In this document: piece by piece, positions 9,917 through 18,814 of the stretch | How positions within the stretch are numbered: the stretch's first letter is position 1 | Layout of the letters: each line of letters opens with the position of its first letter | Source of the DNA: an uncultured Dehalococcoidales bacterium | Lineage (GTDB): Bacteria; Chloroflexota; Dehalococcoidia; E44-bin15 | Direction of reading: 5' to 3' | Assembly (NCBI GenBank): GCA_964448395.1 | Contig: CAYUWM010000001.1 | Coordinates: 21,997 to 85,996, forward strand | DNA: 64,000 bases | Notes under the pieces: generated by a model | What the model was told of the DNA's origin: nothing | Seen by the model: the letters and a program-made list of their open reading frames with translations, nothing else | Databases searched by the model: none | Program-made: the position numbers and the translations under genes

Positions 9917-10525
9917 TCATCCGCCTGCCGGGAATGCGATCTCGATGAGCTGCCTGATGATCCTTGCCGTTGCTCCCCAGATGACGTTGCCCTGATACTC
10001 GAAAACGAACCCGGTGAGCAGCTCCCCGTTCAGATCGTACGCCTCTTCCCTGTAGTTGTGTTCATCGAGTAGCGCCGATATGGGCACCTCGATTAGCGTT
10101 TCGATTTCATCAGCGCTGACCTGGAATTCATAGGGATACGGGATTATCCCAACGTAGGGCGTGATCAGGAAATTGCTGGTGACAGTACCCATGCTGTCCA
10201 ACTCCCCCAGTATCCGCACGTCATTCGGATTGACGCCGACCTCTTCGAATGTTTCACGCAGTGCGGTGTCCTTTAGGTCGCGGTCAGTTTCATGTCGGGC
10301 ACCGCCGGGGAAACAGATCTGACCTTTGTGATACTCGAGCGTTTCGGTGCGTTTGGTGAACAAGATATGAAATTCGTTACCCTTCTCGAACAGAGGGACG
10401 AGCACGGCGGCAGGGGACAGGGGGGCATTGTGCAGGATAATCGTTTGTTTGACCCTAAGGTCGAGAACACCACGCAAGTTGTCGAGAAACATTCCCGAGT
10501 CTTGCTCTGGCGGCTGCCTATTCAT
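9917..10525 (-). CDS. Nudix hydrolase, CoA pyrophosphatase type
   Basis: Nudix box GGARHETDRDLKDTALRETFEEVGV preceded by FTKRT-x(8)-G-x-x-x-FPGG, which is close to the CoA-pyrophosphatase signature. Confidence 0.8.
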   Translation of the reverse strand: MNRQPPEQDSGMFLDNLRGVLDLRVKQTIILHNAPLSPAAVLVPLFEKGNEFHILFTKRTETLEYHKGQICFPGGARHETDRDLKDTALRETFEEVGVNPNDVRILGELDSMGTVTSNFLITPYVGIIPYPYEFQVSADEIETLIEVPISALLDEHNYREEAYDLNGELLTGFVFEYQGNVIWGATARIIRQLIEIAFPAGG

Positions 10526-11939
10526 CGTCCCCGCCGTTCAGGAATTCGTAGCGATCATTCAACCTGGAGAGCACGTTGGCTGCCCGGTCCATAGTGGGGT
10601 AATACAGTATCCTGCCCGATTTCTCTATCAGGGATACCGTCCCGTCTATGTCGGTACCATAGCACCACAGGAGGGCCGGTTTGTTATATTTCTCTGTCAG
10701 CTTGAATGCGTCAACCAGGGTGCTTATCAACGACATGTGGGCATCCGGGGAGGCGGTCTTAATATCGATGGGGGTTGCACCCGGCATGATTACCAGAAGG
10801 CCGTCTACGTTGCTGTCAGCCAGCATGGAATCGATCGCTGTATACAGCACCTCACCCAGCGGGTGCCCGGCTATGCGGGACGGCGGCCAGATATCGGCCG
10901 GGTTGGCGAAAGCTTGCCATTCGGGGGCTATCGCTCTCATCCTTGCGAGGCTACCGGTAGACAGTTCGGCCAGGTGGAGGTCGTGGCGCGCACACGCATC
11001 TGCAGCCAGTATACCACCGCCTCCGGTAATAGTAACTATCCCGACATTTCTTCCCGCCATCAGGGGCAGGTTCAAAAAAGCCTTGGAGAGGTCGTCAAAT
11101 TCTTGCTCGCTGTTGACCCGCATCACCCCGCATTGTTTAAATGCGGCATCATAGACCTCGTCCCTGCCTGCGAGGTTGCCGGTGTGCGACCGGGTGGCAC
11201 GGGCGGCGCCTTCGGATTTGCCACCCTTGAGGACGATGATCGGCTTCTTCCTGGCTACCCTGCGTGCCGCGTCCAAGAATCTACGGCCATCTTTGATGCC
11301 CTCGATGTACATAAGGACGACCTTGACCTCGGGATCATCCTCGAAATACTCGAGGCCGTCGGAGAAGTCGATATCGCCGGTGTTGCCCAGATCGATGCCC
11401 TTGCCCACCATCGGGAAACCGGGCAAGCCGCTCATGAACATCCCCGTCTGGCAGATAACGCCGATGGGTATACGGTGCATGTCCATCGGGACAAATGCCG
11501 AATTGTAGTTGCGGAATGCGTTGCCCGCTCCGAAGGTGTTCGGGCCCAGGATACGTGCGCCACCGTCGTTGGCGATGCGGATTATCTCCTGCTGAAGGGC
11601 CTTGCCGTCATCGTCGCCGTCAGCCAGCCCCTGGCCCACCACGATTATCGCCTTTATCCCCTTCTCCGTACATTCTCTAACCAGACCGGGGGCACTGGCA
11701 GGAGGCACAAGGATTACAGCTAAATCAACATCCCCCGGTATATCTTTTACGCTGGGATAACACTTGACGCCCAGTATCTCATCAGCTGCGGGATTGATGG
11801 GGTATAGTCTGCCCGCGTAGCCGTAGCGCAGCAGGTGCTCCAGGGTATTCCAGCTGGTGAAACCAGTATCCCTGGTGAGACCGACTAGAGCCACCGATCT
11901 CGGCTCCATGAAGAGCTTCATCTGGTCGACTGTATTCAC
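10518..11939 (-). CDS. ADP-forming acyl-CoA synthetase alpha-type subunit (CoA-binding plus ligase-CoA domains)
   Basis: PRSVALVG..YPINP CoA-binding N-terminus, an SHTGNLAG phosphohistidine-loop-like motif, 473 aa. There is no ATP-grasp (beta) part. Confidence 0.75.
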   Translation of the reverse strand: MNTVDQMKLFMEPRSVALVGLTRDTGFTSWNTLEHLLRYGYAGRLYPINPAADEILGVKCYPSVKDIPGDVDLAVILVPPASAPGLVRECTEKGIKAIIVVGQGLADGDDDGKALQQEIIRIANDGGARILGPNTFGAGNAFRNYNSAFVPMDMHRIPIGVICQTGMFMSGLPGFPMVGKGIDLGNTGDIDFSDGLEYFEDDPEVKVVLMYIEGIKDGRRFLDAARRVARKKPIIVLKGGKSEGAARATRSHTGNLAGRDEVYDAAFKQCGVMRVNSEQEFDDLSKAFLNLPLMAGRNVGIVTITGGGGILAADACARHDLHLAELSTGSLARMRAIAPEWQAFANPADIWPPSRIAGHPLGEVLYTAIDSMLADSNVDGLLVIMPGATPIDIKTASPDAHMSLISTLVDAFKLTEKYNKPALLWCYGTDIDGTVSLIEKSGRILYYPTMDRAANVLSRLNDRYEFLNGGDDE

Positions 11940-12541
11940 CGCTGCTTCTCCTCAAGAAGTTCCTCCCACAGGTCAAGCACCCTGATGCCAAGCTCAGCCA
12001 GGTCACAATTTGTATCGATAACCACATCGGCATGCTTAACCTTGTCTTCCGGGGGGAGTTGGGCAGCGATACGCGCCCGCGCCTGTTCCTCGCTCAGCCC
12101 GACGCGGTTCTGCAGACGGTCTATTACCTTTTCCGCGGGAGCGGTGGTAACCCATATCCGGTCGACGAGGTCGGTCCACTTGGCCTCTATGAGCACCGCA
12201 GCTTCGATAGCTACCACCGAGGCGCCCTCTGCCCTTAATCGCTTGAGCTCCTCCTCTATTATTTCTCGCATGCGCGGATGCACGATCTTATTGAGCAGGA
12301 TAAGGGCAGAGGGGTCGTGGAACACGATCTCGCCGAGTCTCTTGCGGTCTATCTCGCCGTTCTGCTTGAGTATCCACTCGCCGAAGGTGTCGACCAATTC
12401 CTGCCAGACGTCGGTATGGGGTTGGTAGGCCTGGTGACCGACCTTGTCGGCATCTATGATTACGGCTCCACGCTCAGCGAGCATCCCGGATACGGTGCTC
12501 TTACCACTGAGGATGCCGCCCGTCAGACCGATCACTATCAT
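11936..12541 (-). CDS. coaE: dephospho-CoA kinase
   Basis: MIVIGLTGGILSGKST P-loop, ~200 aa. 4-nt overlap with the downstream gene. Confidence 0.9.
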   Translation of the reverse strand: MIVIGLTGGILSGKSTVSGMLAERGAVIIDADKVGHQAYQPHTDVWQELVDTFGEWILKQNGEIDRKRLGEIVFHDPSALILLNKIVHPRMREIIEEELKRLRAEGASVVAIEAAVLIEAKWTDLVDRIWVTTAPAEKVIDRLQNRVGLSEEQARARIAAQLPPEDKVKHADVVIDTNCDLAELGIRVLDLWEELLEEKQR

Positions 12542-12620
12542 ATTATTGCACTTCGCAAGGCGTTTATACCGCTAACCCAGTCTAGCAATTTAGGATGTAA
12601 GCAGTCAAGCAGACCCGGGG

Positions 12621-12648
12621 TTGCGTCGGATGACGGATATGCTAGAAT
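12621..12648 (+). promoter_or_regulatory. promoter for the amrS-amrB-amrA operon
   Basis: TTGCGT (12621-12626), a 16-nt spacer, then an extended -10 TGcTAGAAT (12640-12648). AGGAGAAGG lies upstream of the start codon. Confidence 0.55.
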
Positions 12649-12666
12649 GGATTTAGGAGAAGGCCG

Positions 12667-13704
12667 GTGATGAGAGAGGCATTGCTTTACCAGCAACTCG
12701 CTGGCTCTAAGGTACAGTGCAACACATGCCAGTGGCGATGTAAGATAGCGCCGGGCAAAGACGGCGTTTGCCGGATGTATCGGAACATAGATGGAGTCCT
12801 GCACTCGCTTAACTACGCCGAGGTATCATCTGCAGCGGTAGACCCCATAGAAAAAAAGCCCTTGTTCCATTTCTATCCCGGGAGCAGGGTCTTCTCTCTA
12901 GGCACATGGGGCTGCAATTTCCACTGCAAGGGCTGCCAGAACTGGCAGATTGCCTGTACCGACGCCTCTGTCATCGAACGGGGATCGCGCATCATCTCGG
13001 CGGAGGATTCCGTGAAACTGGCCCAGCGCGAGGGCTGCCAGGGCATTGCCTGGACGTATAATGAGCCGGCTGTGTGGTTCGACTACACCCTTGATTCGGC
13101 CAGGCTGGCCAAGGAAAATGGCCTGTACACGGTCTATGTGACCAATGGATATATATCACAGGAAGCCCTCGACATGATTGGCCCCTGCCTTGACGGATAC
13201 TGCGTGGATGTGAAGGGATTCTCCGACAAGCTTTATCAAGACCTAGCCAAGATTTCACACTGGCAGGGAATCCTGGATATGACCGAACGGGCCAAGCACA
13301 GGTGGGGGATGCATGTGGAGGTAGTGACCAACATCATCCCGAATATGAATGATGACGATGAGCAGCTTGAGGGGCTTGCCACCTGGATCCGCGACAAATT
13401 AGGGGAACTGACACCGTGGCACGTCACCCGATTCTACCCCCAGCATGAGATGACGCATTTATCACCCACACCGGTATCGAGCCTGGAGCATGCCTACGAA
13501 ATAGGCAAGAGGGCGGGGCTAAGGTTTGTTTACACCGGTAATGTTCCCGGGCATGACGGAGAGAATACCACGTGTTATTCGTGCGGTAATAAGGTTATCG
13601 AGCGGGTGGGATACAGCGTAGATGCTGCCGGCTTGAAAGACTCCAAATGCAGATTCTGTGGTGCCGACCTTAACATAATAGTAAAGAGTGAGGGTGGGTC
13701 TTGA
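12667..13704 (+). CDS. amrS: AmmeMemoRadiSam system radical SAM enzyme
   Basis: CNFHCKGC (CxxxCxxC) radical-SAM cluster, an N-terminal CNTCQWRC...C cysteine set and a C-terminal CYSC...CRFC ribbon. It is followed by Memo-like and AMMECR1 genes. Confidence 0.85.
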   Translation: MMREALLYQQLAGSKVQCNTCQWRCKIAPGKDGVCRMYRNIDGVLHSLNYAEVSSAAVDPIEKKPLFHFYPGSRVFSLGTWGCNFHCKGCQNWQIACTDASVIERGSRIISAEDSVKLAQREGCQGIAWTYNEPAVWFDYTLDSARLAKENGLYTVYVTNGYISQEALDMIGPCLDGYCVDVKGFSDKLYQDLAKISHWQGILDMTERAKHRWGMHVEVVTNIIPNMNDDDEQLEGLATWIRDKLGELTPWHVTRFYPQHEMTHLSPTPVSSLEHAYEIGKRAGLRFVYTGNVPGHDGENTTCYSCGNKVIERVGYSVDAAGLKDSKCRFCGADLNIIVKSEGGS

Positions 13705-14510
13705 TAAGGAAGCCTGTAGTTGCCGGCATGTTCTATCCCGGTTCGGCCCCTTTATTAAGGCAGAAGATCGGCGAACTCGTCGATGAAGGGGCAGTTAAAG
13801 AGGATATACTCGGTCTGGTGTCGCCGCACGCCGGCTACATGTATTCCGGCCACGTGGCCGGCGCTGTTATCTCAAGAGTATTATTCAAGGATACTTTTGT
13901 TATCATGGGCCCTAACCATACGGGTCTGGGACAGCCGTTCAGCATCATGGTGGAAGGGGTATGGGAAACTCCGCTAGGCGATGTGGAAATAGATACGGAG
14001 CTGGCATCAGCCATATTGGAAGCAACCCCTTCTTTGAGAGAAGATTATGCAGCTCATTTAGAGGAGCACTCCATAGAGGTACAGCTGCCATTTCTACAAT
14101 ACTTCAAGCCGGATGTAAAGTTAGTGCCCATAGTGCTTGCCAAAGGTACCGCTGATATCTATAAAGAGGTCGGCCACGGGATCGCCGCATCCTGCAAGAG
14201 TCTGGGGAGAGAAGCGATTATCATGGCCAGCAGCGACATGAACCACTACGAGCCGCACCATATCGCCAATGACAAGGATAACAAGGCTATAGAGGCCATC
14301 CTGGCGCTGGATGAGGACGAACTGCTGAGCCGGGTGGCCGAGTTCAGGATATCGATGTGTGGACATGGTCCTGCGGTCGCCCTGCTCTCTGCCTGCAAGG
14401 AGATGGGGGCGGCCGGGGCTGAACTGATCTGCCATCAGACAAGCGGTGACGTGACTGGTGACCACCACAGCGTGGTGGGGTATGCCGGAATATTGATAAA
14501 GAGGGGGTGA
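13701..14510 (+). CDS. amrB: AmmeMemoRadiSam system protein B (Memo-like)
   Basis: [10 protein letters not shown]...[10 protein letters not shown]...MNHYE motifs of the Memo family. TTGA overlap with amrS. Confidence 0.85.
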   Translation: MIRKPVVAGMFYPGSAPLLRQKIGELVDEGAVKEDILGLVSPHAGYMYSGHVAGAVISRVLFKDTFVIMGPNHTGLGQPFSIMVEGVWETPLGDVEIDTELASAILEATPSLREDYAAHLEEHSIEVQLPFLQYFKPDVKLVPIVLAKGTADIYKEVGHGIAASCKSLGREAIIMASSDMNHYEPHHIANDKDNKAIEAILALDEDELLSRVAEFRISMCGHGPAVALLSACKEMGAAGAELICHQTSGDVTGDHHSVVGYAGILIKRG

Positions 14511-14514
14511 TGCC

Positions 14515-15018
14515 GTGCATCCACTGGTTCAACTGGCAAAGGATACTATCGAAGTTTATATAAGGGAGGGGAAGATTCCCGAGCCTGGGGAATTGATACC
14601 GGAAATGAATGGCCGTGCCGGCGTGTTCGTATCGCTCAAGCTCGGCGGGTTGCTCCGGGGTTGTATCGGAACCTTCGAGCCGACAAGGGAGAATGTAGCC
14701 CAGGAGATTATTTCCAATGCCATAAGCTCAGCAACCCGGGACCCTCGTTTCCCTCAAGTGCAGCCCGATGAGCTTGACGGTCTGGAGTATAGCGTTGATA
14801 TTCTCTCCAAGCCGGAGCCGGTAACCGCCATGGATGATCTTGATCCCAAGCGTTATGGCGTGATCGTCGAAAGCGGTGGCAGGAGAGGACTTCTGCTACC
14901 CGATCTCGAGGGCGTTGATACTGTACAGAAGCAGATAGAGATATGTCGTGCCAAGGCGGGCATCTTGGCCGATGAGCCGGTAAAGCTGTACCGTTTTGAG
15001 GTTAGAAGGTACAGATAG
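14515..15018 (+). CDS. amrA: AmmeMemoRadiSam system protein A (AMMECR1 domain)
   Basis: [28 protein letters not shown]1 core, 167 aa. Confidence 0.85.
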   Translation: MHPLVQLAKDTIEVYIREGKIPEPGELIPEMNGRAGVFVSLKLGGLLRGCIGTFEPTRENVAQEIISNAISSATRDPRFPQVQPDELDGLEYSVDILSKPEPVTAMDDLDPKRYGVIVESGGRRGLLLPDLEGVDTVQKQIEICRAKAGILADEPVKLYRFEVRRYR

Positions 15019-15086
15019 CAAGATTTGGTAAATAGTGACCCGAGCGCAGTTGAGGGAAGGCTCGGTTGAATTAGGATTATATGGGG

Positions 15087-15116
15087 TTGGACAGACTTGA
15101 CTGGGTGTGATATAAT
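15087..15116 (+). promoter_or_regulatory. extended -10 promoter upstream of the TPR gene
   Basis: TTGGAC (15087-15092), an 18-nt spacer, then TGaTATAAT (15108-15116). This leaves a leader of about 140 nt before the ATG at 15262. Confidence 0.5.
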
Positions 15117-15261
15117 AATTAATTCTGCCCAAATAGGCGGTTTGTGTGATTGTGTGTAAATTTGATTTTTGCTTAAGGTTAAACGATGCTTAGAGTATGC
15201 AGAGGCAACATATCAAACGGATGTTGTGCCGATGCTATCTTGAGTCAAGGGGTGATTATCA

Positions 15262-16764
15262 ATGGCTGATAAAGAGTATCCGCAGGGGAGAACGATCCAC
15301 TACAGCGGCGGGATGGAGAGTTCTGCCGATAAGAAGAAGAAGGATAACTACAAACGCGCCGCTACCCTAATTGAACAGGGCAAGGAAGGGGAGGCCATTG
15401 AAATCTTCAGGAAGACTCTCGACTTGGACCCGACCATCAGCGAGAGGGCAGCCCTCTTCGTGCTCATAGGCAACTGCCATTTTGCGCTTGGCGAGATGGA
15501 TCAGGCCGCATCGCGGTACAGGGGTGCTGAATCTTCTGCAAAGCAGGCCAGAGACACCGAGGGGGCTGCTGCTGTTACGGCCAACCTGGGTCTTATCAAC
15601 CATGTAAATGGCGAGCTTGACCAGGCCCTGGAGATGTACGACGGCGCCCTGAATCTGGAGAGGGCGATAGGAAATCGGTCAGGGGCAGCTACTATACTTA
15701 CCAATGCAGGGCTTGCATACTGGCAGAACGGAGAGCTCAAGGCATCGCTCGATAACCTGGAGCAGGCTGTCGAGATATATAAGGATATTGAGGATAAAGA
15801 TAGCGAGAAGCTTGTTGCCGGGTATGCGAAAAAGGTTGATGCAGAGTTTAAAGAGGCTAAAGCTAAGAAGGAGGAGGAGCCAGAGCCCGAACCCGAGCCA
15901 GTGGCTGAGGAGAAGGAAGAGGAGCCAGAGCCCGAACCCGAGCCAGTGGCTGAGGAGAAGGAAGAGGAGCCAGAGCCAGAGCCCGAACCCGAGCCGGTGG
16001 CTGAGGAGAAGGAAGAGGAACCGGAGCCCGAACCCGAGCCGGTGGCTGAGGAGAAGGAAGAGGAACCGGAGCCGGTGGTGGAAGAGGTCAAGGCTGAGGC
16101 ACCAGATGAGAAGGGGGATGGCAGGGGTGCGATCGATAGGGCGGTGGAGGAGGTTCTAAGCGGAAGCGATGCTTCCCTCCAAATCCGGCCGGATGTGGCC
16201 AGTCGCATAGGGGCGGGGATAGGTCCCGGCGATGTCGGAGTGCTGTACTGGAGGAAGGGTGAGGTCGATAAAGCCCTCGAGCTTTACGAACAGGTATTCG
16301 AGATTGGCAGAGAGACCAGCCGCCGATTGGAGGAGGCCGCTGCCGCTCTGGCTACCGCACTTGGCAATGTGGGTATAATGTACAGCCTGCGGGGCGATCT
16401 GGATAATGCCCTTGGTTACTTCAAGCAATCGCTTACCATAAACAAGGATATCGGGCACCTTGCCGGGGAGGCTGAAGACCTGAGCAGTATCGGCAATATC
16501 TATCTGATGAGGCGTGAACTCGAAAAATCGCTCGAACTTTACACGCAGTCTCTGGAGATCGAGAGGAAGCTGGGGCGGAAGTGGGGAGAGGCTAATTCTC
16601 TGGGTAACATCGGTCTGGTGCGCGCTGCCAGGAGTGAGACGGATGAAGCGCTGGAAAGCCTAAACGAAGCGCTAAAGATATTTGAAGAGCTGGATGCTAA
16701 AGCAGAGGTGCAGCGCACCTCGCGGAACATAGAGGACATAAAGGGCAAATCGAAGGTCAGGTAA
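15262..16764 (+). CDS. TPR-repeat protein with a central acidic Pro/Glu tandem-repeat linker
   Basis: N- and C-terminal blocks of 34-40 aa TPR-like repeats (A-x-x-x-LG-x-x-Y-x-x-x-G-x-L-D-x-AL-x-x-Y-x-x-AL). They flank the repeat EEPEPEPEPVAEEKE. Confidence 0.8.
   Translation: MADKEYPQGRTIHYSGGMESSADKKKKDNYKRAATLIEQGKEGEAIEIFRKTLDLDPTISERAALFVLIGNCHFALGEMDQAASRYRGAESSAKQARDTEGAAAVTANLGLINHVNGELDQALEMYDGALNLERAIGNRSGAATILTNAGLAYWQNGELKASLDNLEQAVEIYKDIEDKDSEKLVAGYAKKVDAEFKEAKAKKEEEPEPEPEPVAEEKEEEPEPEPEPVAEEKEEEPEPEPEPEPVAEEKEEEPEPEPEPVAEEKEEEPEPVVEEVKAEAPDEKGDGRGAIDRAVEEVLSGSDASLQIRPDVASRIGAGIGPGDVGVLYWRKGEVDKALELYEQVFEIGRETSRRLEEAAAALATALGNVGIMYSLRGDLDNALGYFKQSLTINKDIGHLAGEAEDLSSIGNIYLMRRELEKSLELYTQSLEIERKLGRKWGEANSLGNIGLVRAARSETDEALESLNEALKIFEELDAKAEVQRTSRNIEDIKGKSKVR
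15874..16083 (+). repeat. 45-nt in-frame tandem repeat, about 4.5 copies
   Basis: The unit GAGGAGCCAGAGCCCGAACCCGAGCCAGTGGCTGAGGAGAAGGAA occurs at 15874-15918 and identically at 15919-15963. A 51-nt variant with an extra CCAGAG is at 15964-16014, a diverged copy at 16015-16059, and a partial copy follows. Confidence 0.95.
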
Positions 16765-17188
16765 CACCCCATCTGTTAAGCGTAAACCCTCTGCCTCGCA
16801 GCCTCTTTTTGAAGGGCTCGACAGAGGGTTTCGTTGTGAAGTAGAGCAAGTGAGACGGGCAGCGGCAATCGGAGGAACCGAACCCGAGCGCGATATCCGC
16901 TGAGCCAGGCAATTCGTGGGCCTCTCTGCACAACGTACATTCCAGCCTTTGGTCGCTGGATAAATACCAGACCTCCGCTATCTCGGCGAATTGTAACAAG
17001 TAGTCTATATGCCAATGAAGATGCTTGTCATGCTTCAGATGCCGGTTGATCCTCGCCTCGAGGCCACCGAGCGCACTGCCGAAGTATATGTAATAACCCC
17101 GGGGGAAATCGAATTCCCCCAGCTTGCCCACCGTTAAAGTCGTTTCGTTCTTGAGCTCTATGAGCAGGGCATAAGTCCCTTTGTCCAT
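16757..17188 (-). CDS. DUF123 / GIY-YIG superfamily protein
   Basis: GYYIYFGSA..L-x-x-RI-x-RH...HWHIDYL motif set typical of DUF123. The 3' end overlaps the convergent TPR gene by 8 nt. Confidence 0.75.
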   Translation of the reverse strand: MDKGTYALLIELKNETTLTVGKLGEFDFPRGYYIYFGSALGGLEARINRHLKHDKHLHWHIDYLLQFAEIAEVWYLSSDQRLECTLCREAHELPGSADIALGFGSSDCRCPSHLLYFTTKPSVEPFKKRLRGRGFTLNRWGVT

Positions 17189-17310
17189 AGTTCAGATTCT
17201 ACCTCCAAATGGACGCTTTGCTCAATACAGAGGTGTATAATAGACTAGCGCCATGATTACTATCGAATCGCGGGATGATGAATAGGATACGCGACATACG
17301 TCGCTAGTTA

Positions 17311-17835
17311 ATGATAAAGATAAAAGTGGAACTACTTAAAAGGTACACCAGCGAGATAGCCCTTTTCATTGCCGCCCTGTCAGTGGTCATCATCGATCAG
17401 GTAAGCAAGCACTTCATAAGGACGGAGCTGACACTGGGGCAGAAGATACCTGAAGAGGGCTTTTTCCAGATCACGCGCTGTAACAACACCGGCGGTGTCT
17501 TCGGGCTGTTTGCGGACCAGGCTTTTTTAATAACGATAGTAGCGGTGGTCGGCATAGTCGCCATCCTAGTTTACTCCCGCTACCCAGCTTTCAACGGGTT
17601 GCTGGTCAGGATATCCCTGGGGTTGCTCATGGGGGGCGCCATCGGCAACCTTATCGACCGCATTCGCTTCGGCTGGGTGACCGACTTCATCGACATCGGT
17701 GGTTGGCCGGTGTTCAACCTCGGCGATTCCGCCATCGTTATCGGCGTTATCCTTATCCTGTATCATTTTATATTTAGAACAAGGAAAATCGAGGCGCAGA
17801 CGCCGGAAGACGCAGAGGATGAGCATAAAGCTTGA
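17311..17835 (+). CDS. lspA: lipoprotein signal peptidase II
   Basis: NTGGVFG and FNLGDSAIVIG motifs, 4 TM segments. Confidence 0.9.
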   Translation: MIKIKVELLKRYTSEIALFIAALSVVIIDQVSKHFIRTELTLGQKIPEEGFFQITRCNNTGGVFGLFADQAFLITIVAVVGIVAILVYSRYPAFNGLLVRISLGLLMGGAIGNLIDRIRFGWVTDFIDIGGWPVFNLGDSAIVIGVILILYHFIFRTRKIEAQTPEDAEDEHKA

Positions 17836-18727
17836 GTTCGTTGTTTCCGGTTCAGTCACCCGGCTCGATATCTATGTAGTCGAGCGCTGCCCTCAAATGT
17901 CCCGCTCCCGTATCCAGCGACTGATTAAAGAAGGTTACATAACGGTAAACGGTCGTTCTGCAAAAGAGAGCCTTAAGCTCAAGGAAGGCGACCGGGTGCA
18001 AGCCATAATCCCTCCTTCCGATTCGCCCCTACCTGAGCCGGAGGATATCCCGCTGCACATCGTTTATGAGGACAGGGACCTGCTGGTCGTAGATAAGCCT
18101 GCCGGCATGACGGTGCACCCCGCGCCGGGGCACTCCCATCACACCCTGGTGAATGCTATCCTGGCACATTGTCCCGGTCTCGCGTCCGATGAATCGATGC
18201 GACCGGGCATCGTGCACCGGCTGGACAAGAACACCTCTGGATTGATGGTAGTCGCCAAGCATGAGAATGCGCGACAATACATTATGAATCAGTTCAAGTC
18301 ACGGACAGTGCTCAAACGATACATCGCATTGGTAGAAGGGCACCTGTCCCCGGAGGAAGGGATCATCGAGGCCCCCATCGGCCGGGAGCCGCGCAGCAGG
18401 AAGCGGATGTCGGTAGTAGCATACGGCCGCTATGCGCGCACCGAATATCATGTGCTCAAGTATATCGACGGCCATACCCTTTTAGAGCTGACATTGAAAA
18501 CGGGACGCACTCATCAGATAAGGGTACATCTATCCGCTATAGGCCATCCGGTGGTCGGCGATGATGTATACGGGCGTAAATCCCCCGCTTCGTCATTAAT
18601 GAGCCGCCAGTTCCTCCACGCCTGTCATCTAGGTTTCAAGCTGCCGTCGAGCGGTGAATGGGTGGAGTTCCACTCGGATCTACCGAAGGATCTCGAAGAG
18701 GCATTAGAGCGTATCTCCCTATTGTAG
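17819..18727 (+). CDS. rluD: RluA/RluD-family 23S rRNA pseudouridine synthase
   Basis: S4 domain followed by HRLDKNTSGLMVVAK and GRTHQIRVH motifs. The ATG at 17819 (MSIKLEF) overlaps the lspA 3' end by 17 nt, so the longer track ORF is read-through of lspA sequence. Confidence 0.9.
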   Translation: MSIKLEFVVSGSVTRLDIYVVERCPQMSRSRIQRLIKEGYITVNGRSAKESLKLKEGDRVQAIIPPSDSPLPEPEDIPLHIVYEDRDLLVVDKPAGMTVHPAPGHSHHTLVNAILAHCPGLASDESMRPGIVHRLDKNTSGLMVVAKHENARQYIMNQFKSRTVLKRYIALVEGHLSPEEGIIEAPIGREPRSRKRMSVVAYGRYARTEYHVLKYIDGHTLLELTLKTGRTHQIRVHLSAIGHPVVGDDVYGRKSPASSLMSRQFLHACHLGFKLPSSGEWVEFHSDLPKDLEEALERISLL

Positions 18728-18753
18728 CGATATGCGTTTGGTCTGGACGACTA

Positions 18754-18762
18754 TGGTATAAT
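18754..18762 (+). promoter_or_regulatory. extended -10 element upstream of the DUF4190 gene
   Basis: TGgTATAAT at 18754-18762. No good -35 hexamer is present. Confidence 0.4.
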
Positions 18763-18814
18763 TGTCACCAAAGTAGCGTTTTCCTATTAACCAGAGCAAC
18801 AAAGGAGGGCGAAT

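Noticed and set aside
10428-11723. 431-aa ORF on the + strand
   Set aside because: It lies entirely antisense to the well-supported acyl-CoA synthetase gene. The translation is low-complexity, Arg/Gly/Pro-rich and has no recognisable motifs, which is typical of a GC-rich shadow ORF.
15239-15249. CTTGAGTCAAG palindrome containing a perfect HAIR half-site (CTTGAGT) just upstream of the TPR gene
   Set aside because: It has only 5-bp arms with a 1-nt spacer rather than the 7-N7-7 HAIR architecture. It lies in the RBS region rather than at a promoter, and is probably coincidental.
15501-16208. 235-aa Ser/Gly-rich ORF on the - strand
   Set aside because: It is the reverse-complement reading of the Pro/Glu tandem repeat in the TPR gene. 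Its periodicity is simply the mirrored repeat.
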